In this document: one piece after another, positions 59,611 through 64,000 of the stretch | How positions within the stretch are numbered: the first letter of the stretch is position 1 | How the letters are laid out: each line of letters opens with the position of its first letter | NCBI RefSeq assembly: GCF_006345805.1 | Contig: NC_043005.1 | Coordinates: 59,768,001-59,832,000, forward strand | Length of the DNA: 64,000 bases | From: Octopus sinensis | Taxonomy: Eukaryota | Direction: 5' to 3' | Translations under genes and position numbers: made by a program | The notes under the pieces: model-generated | What the model was told of the DNA's origin: nothing | The model's database searches: none | What the model saw: only the letters and a program-made list of their open reading frames with translations

Positions 59611-59839
59611 ATATGGTTTGTTGTGCACATAATGTCACGTCTACATTTATGTTTGAAATCAGTGTAAAAGCGGTGTTTTATTCCATAGAGGCAAAAAAAA
59701 TAATAAACTAAAATAAAGGAAAACACTGGGATGAATTTAATTGGATAAAACTTAGATGCCAATGCCTGGGAGAACCAGTGGCGTAATGACGACTTGAAAG
59801 AATAATAAAATTTGACTTGAAAAATGGTAAAGGGTAAAG

Positions 59840-60160
59840 AACCCCTCCGGCCATGAGTAACCATAGCATTACACCCAGAATGTTACCGCCCGAAGCACAA
59901 ATCCGGGCAAGGTAGTTTAAGAAAAACTCTGCATACCAGCCTCCCATCTCCACGCCACTGGCGTTATCCAAGGGAATAGCAAAGGTCTATACATCTTGGC
60001 ACCAGTCACATCGCTACTCGTTTCTACATATGAGTAGACTAGAGTAATGTGAAATAATGAGTTTTTTGCCTAAGAACACAACACACCGTCCGGTGTGGGA
60101 ACCGAACTCACTACCTTAAGATTGTGAGCCCAACGCTCTAACTACTGTGTCATACGCCTT
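59840..60160 (-). mobile_element. Diverged SINE (family S3)
   Basis: Reverse-complement match to 55138-55476 (gcataccagcctccc, cttggcaccagt, aagaacacaacac, acgccttc). Confidence 0.75.
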
Positions 60161-60404
60161 CACACACTTGAAAAATATGATGGTTTTAAAGCTCTTAATG
60201 TATTCATATATCTCTCTTTATTTCGACTTCTTCAATGCATTGGGAACAGTGGAATGCAATTTTATATGATAAGATGTCGTTTGAGATTATTAATCAATGT
60301 GCATGTTCATCTGGATATATTAATGACTAGATGTGTGGCACTTGTATTAAAATTCTATGAAATGGAATTCCTTGGGTTACCGCACGATTTGGTCAGGGAG
60401 TCTA

Positions 60405-60760
60405 GTTAGTTAGTTAATTTAGCTCAAAAGCAAATAGCAAGGCCATGTAGGGGGACATGGAGCTAAGTACGGGGTGGTGTTCATGTAAAGAGTTCAGGCC
60501 ACTTGAGGTCAAGGGAGGCTTTGAACAAAGCGGTCGTCGGCATCTTCACCATCTCATCTGGCAGCTTGTCCCACGGATCCGCAACCCGGACGGAGAAAGC
60601 TCCTCTCCTTTGATTGAGATGAAATCGTCGCAGGTAGAGCTTTTCGGAATGACTCCGCAGCCGACGCTCTGGAGCAGGAGTGAAGAACAGCTCTTTCGAG
60701 AGGTTACTCGAGAAGTTAATAATAAAAACCTCTCGAGAGAGGTTAATAAGAAAGATTAGC
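60405..60760 (-). mobile_element. 3' end of a CR1/L2-type LINE
   Basis: LFFTPAPERRLRSHSEKLYLRRFHLNQRRGAFSVRVADPWDKLPDEMVKMPTTALFKASLD matches the CR1 ORF2 C-terminus; short UTR and (TAAC)n tail. Confidence 0.85.
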
Positions 60761-61538
60761 TGAAGTCTGTCACCATAGTGTTTGAAAACAAAATAAATTT
60801 GAACTGCGAGTTTTTGTGAAAGAAGAGTATAATTTCCCATCCAAAAGGTTCAATTAACAAATGTACTCTTAATTTTGGTTGCCGTTTGATCAGGCAAAAA
60901 TAATTCCACTTGCTGAAATAAGAAGACATTGTGTGTAAGCTCACCAGTATATTTTACGAGATATATACCATTTTATAACAATTGTATAGAGGTAGAGAGA
61001 TTGCCCCAACACCTGGATACCTTACCCTTGGGTGCATTTAAGATTGCATTAAAAATTTATGTGGCTTAAAACAGGTTTTGATACTCATACTGAAATTAGG
61101 ACAAATATAAATAACATAATATCCTATTCTTCTGTCCTACAATGTGAGAGTATATCAGGCATGGTGCTGTCTTTCTGGTTAATTCTACCTTTAGTAAAAT
61201 ATGTACCGAACATTCATCTAACTGAAGACTTTCAAATAACCTGAGAATTTATTGTCTGCGTCATCTGTCGATAAAATTAGTTGTTACTATAGGAATTGCT
61301 GTATATTTTGGAAAACTCTCGTAAGAATTTTCGAAGTTTATTCAACAATACATGAAATATATTTTCATATCTGGTATGAAACATATTTTATAATGATAAA
61401 CATTTGACATTCACCAACATATCGTACCGACCTAAGTGACAATAATATTTGAGGTAAATTATTTTAAAGACTGTGAAACATACATACATAGATGCATACA
61501 TACATATACGCATTTATATGTGAACGTATATATATATA

Positions 61539-61572
61539 ACAGTTTGACGGTTATGATTTCAAGTATATTACT

Positions 61573-61632
<60 letters not shown>

Positions 61633-61667
61633 TAGTAATATACTTGAAATCATAACCGTCAAACTGT
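61539..61667. repeat. Perfect 37-bp inverted repeat flanking a (TA)n core
   Basis: acagtttgacggttatgatttcaagtatattactaac (61539-61575) is the exact reverse complement of 61631-61667. Confidence 0.95.
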
Positions 61668-62728
61668 ACAATACTTACCAGTAATCTACGAAAATTTATA
61701 GCCAAGGGGTGTGCGCAGCATGAGACGCATTTACTCCAGCATTATCCGCGTCATCACAAAAATTCACATTTTCCATCATATTACTTCTTGCACAGTCCTT
61801 CACATTCCTCAACCACTATGTTTGTGATGTTCTGAAACACTTTTACTATGGCGAAGAGAGTTAATAATTAGCTATGGTGATATTTCACAAAAAAATGCTT
61901 TAATACTTTATATATATAAAATTCGGCGTATAATTGTATAACCTTTCTTTTTAAAAGACATAAAATTTCCTAAATTGCCACTATGGAAACGCATGGCAAA
62001 TACTCATAGAGTGAAAATTACTACTGCACAATAAAAAATAATTTGTTTTTCCAAATAGTCCACTTCTGCTAAAACTGCTGCTGTGGCCACAATCTAGTAG
62101 TTTGCTCCTTTCCTTGAACTCATAAATTCCCTTACTGTTAATCGCAAATATGCAAATCAATCAAATTATTTGAACATTTTCCCAGTTATAGTTTAATTGT
62201 ATTGACAATAAAATATATCTTTTACAATTTCCGCATCATGAAAGTAATGTGATGTACATTACAATTTCTGAATCGTTCAAAATTATTTCCTCATCCGAAT
62301 GATTTGTAAGGCTATTGAAATTTGAAATTGCTATAACAAAATTAGTTTCTCCTCTGGAATTTTAAATAACGTTCTAAACATTTAAAATATTGTAAAATCT
62401 TTAAATAGCACTCCCACTTCAATGTTGGGGCTTCATAATCTTGTAGAATGATTAGTGCCTTTGATTCTATTGTTATTTTGTATGTTAGAAAATTTTGAAG
62501 TATTTCCTGCAATGTTATTTTAATAAGCAATTTCAATAAAACATATACGTACACGTATAAAATTCTCTACAATTTTCGCAAGTTCTTTATTGTATTTTTC
62601 TCTCTCTCTCATACATGAGACCAGCCTTTGCATATTAATGTTCCACCTCAAGAGAAATATATTTCCAAATAAATGTTAAATATAACGTTTTCTGGATTTT
62701 TTCTCATTGGTAAAAATACTGTTCATTG

Positions 62729-62806
<78 letters not shown>

Positions 62807-63586
62807 ATGTATGTCTATATATATGTATATACATATGCATGTGAGCATATGTGTATGTATGCATATTGATATATTTGTAATATTGATGAGAATGCTATTT
62901 GCAGCTCACATTAAACTAGTTGAAATATATATATAATAAACCTTGTTTTACTTTCATATTTTTGTACATAAATCATTTTGTAAAACTAGATATAAAACTC
63001 AGATAAATGTCTATAGAAAATGAAACAAGACTTATATTTAATGATTACCAAATGAATTTGTTTTCCATTTACTAATACATTTCTGTTATGAATTGCAATT
63101 TGGAGCCGAAGAATAAGCGATAAATTTGTTTGCGACTCGATTTCCTTTCGCATTCTGAACTTAAAAAATATTGTATAACAATTATTAAAGCGGTAAAATT
63201 TGGAAAATTGAAAGTATGTTAAAATATTGCTAGGTTGGCAGAAGAGATAGTGCTAGCCGTGTATTGGCAAAAGTAAGGAAATCGTGGGATAAACTGGTGG
63301 TAGATTAGCAGAACTGGTAGAGCGTAGGACAATATGCACTGAAGTACTTAATTACGACATGCTAAGTTCTCAAGTCGAACTGCAGCCAGGAAGACAGCTT
63401 TTCATCTAGGCGGGAGCGGTTGAGTAGCCTACAAGGTTCAATATATTTCACTGATTCCAAATGTGTGCCTTTGTCCGAATGTGAGCACTTTTAATAGTAG
63501 TAGAAGTAGTTTTATGGCTTTTCTATATTCTCATAAATGTCTTTACATCACCCTACGAGGCAAAGGATCGCAAAATTTTTCATCGC

Positions 63587-63779
63587 TTACTTGTTTCCGT
63601 CATTGGTCTGCGGCCAAGTGGGAATACCGCTCTGAAGTCGAACATATCAATCTCAGTACATGTTTTGTTTTTAAATATCGATTATTCCCTCGATATTTTG
63701 CTAAAACTAAAACGGACGTAATCAAACCAAAACCGGTTAGAAGAGAGACATGAATACAATACTCACCAAAATGCACACC

Positions 63780-63826
<47 letters not shown>

Positions 63827-63828
63827 TT

Positions 63829-63885
<57 letters not shown>

Positions 63886-64000
63886 GTTTGTGTGTAAGTG
63901 TATGTGGATGTGCATATACGATAGGCTTTCACACAGTTTCCGCGTACCAAATTCATTCAAAGGCATTAACAGGCCATGAGCTATAGCATGAAAAGATTAC
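63587..64000 (-). mobile_element. Diverged SINE (family S1), running off the window
   Basis: ttacttgtttc.gtcatt.g.ctgcggcca at the 3' end, an internal microsatellite, and acgataggctttc..agtttccg..taccaaatt at the 5' side. Confidence 0.7.

Overview
AT-rich eukaryotic (animal) genomic DNA dominated by microsatellites ((TA)n, (TATC)n, (CA)n, (AAT)n, (GAT)n) and decayed transposable elements. The repeat repertoire strongly suggests an octopus genome; this is an inference from recalled repeat families, not a search result. I found no confidently supported host protein-coding gene, rRNA, true tRNA or CRISPR array, and most ORFs in the track are microsatellite artefacts. Supported content: four tRNA-derived SINE families; LINE remnants (RTE, R4/Dong-type RLE, HERO/NeSL-like, CR1/L2-type, Tx1/L1); Tc1/mariner elements of several catalytic classes plus MITEs; and non-autonomous Helitrons. 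The most interesting signals are (i) variant hammerhead-ribozyme-like motifs in Penelope-like terminal repeats, one set arranged as a ~390 bp fold-back, (ii) several near-perfect DNA palindromes, (iii) SINEs sharing one head but carrying three unrelated tails, (iv) a tRNA-like head fused directly to a Tx1 LINE, and (v) a mariner mosaic with alternating orientation. Coordinates were read by eye and may be off by a few bases.
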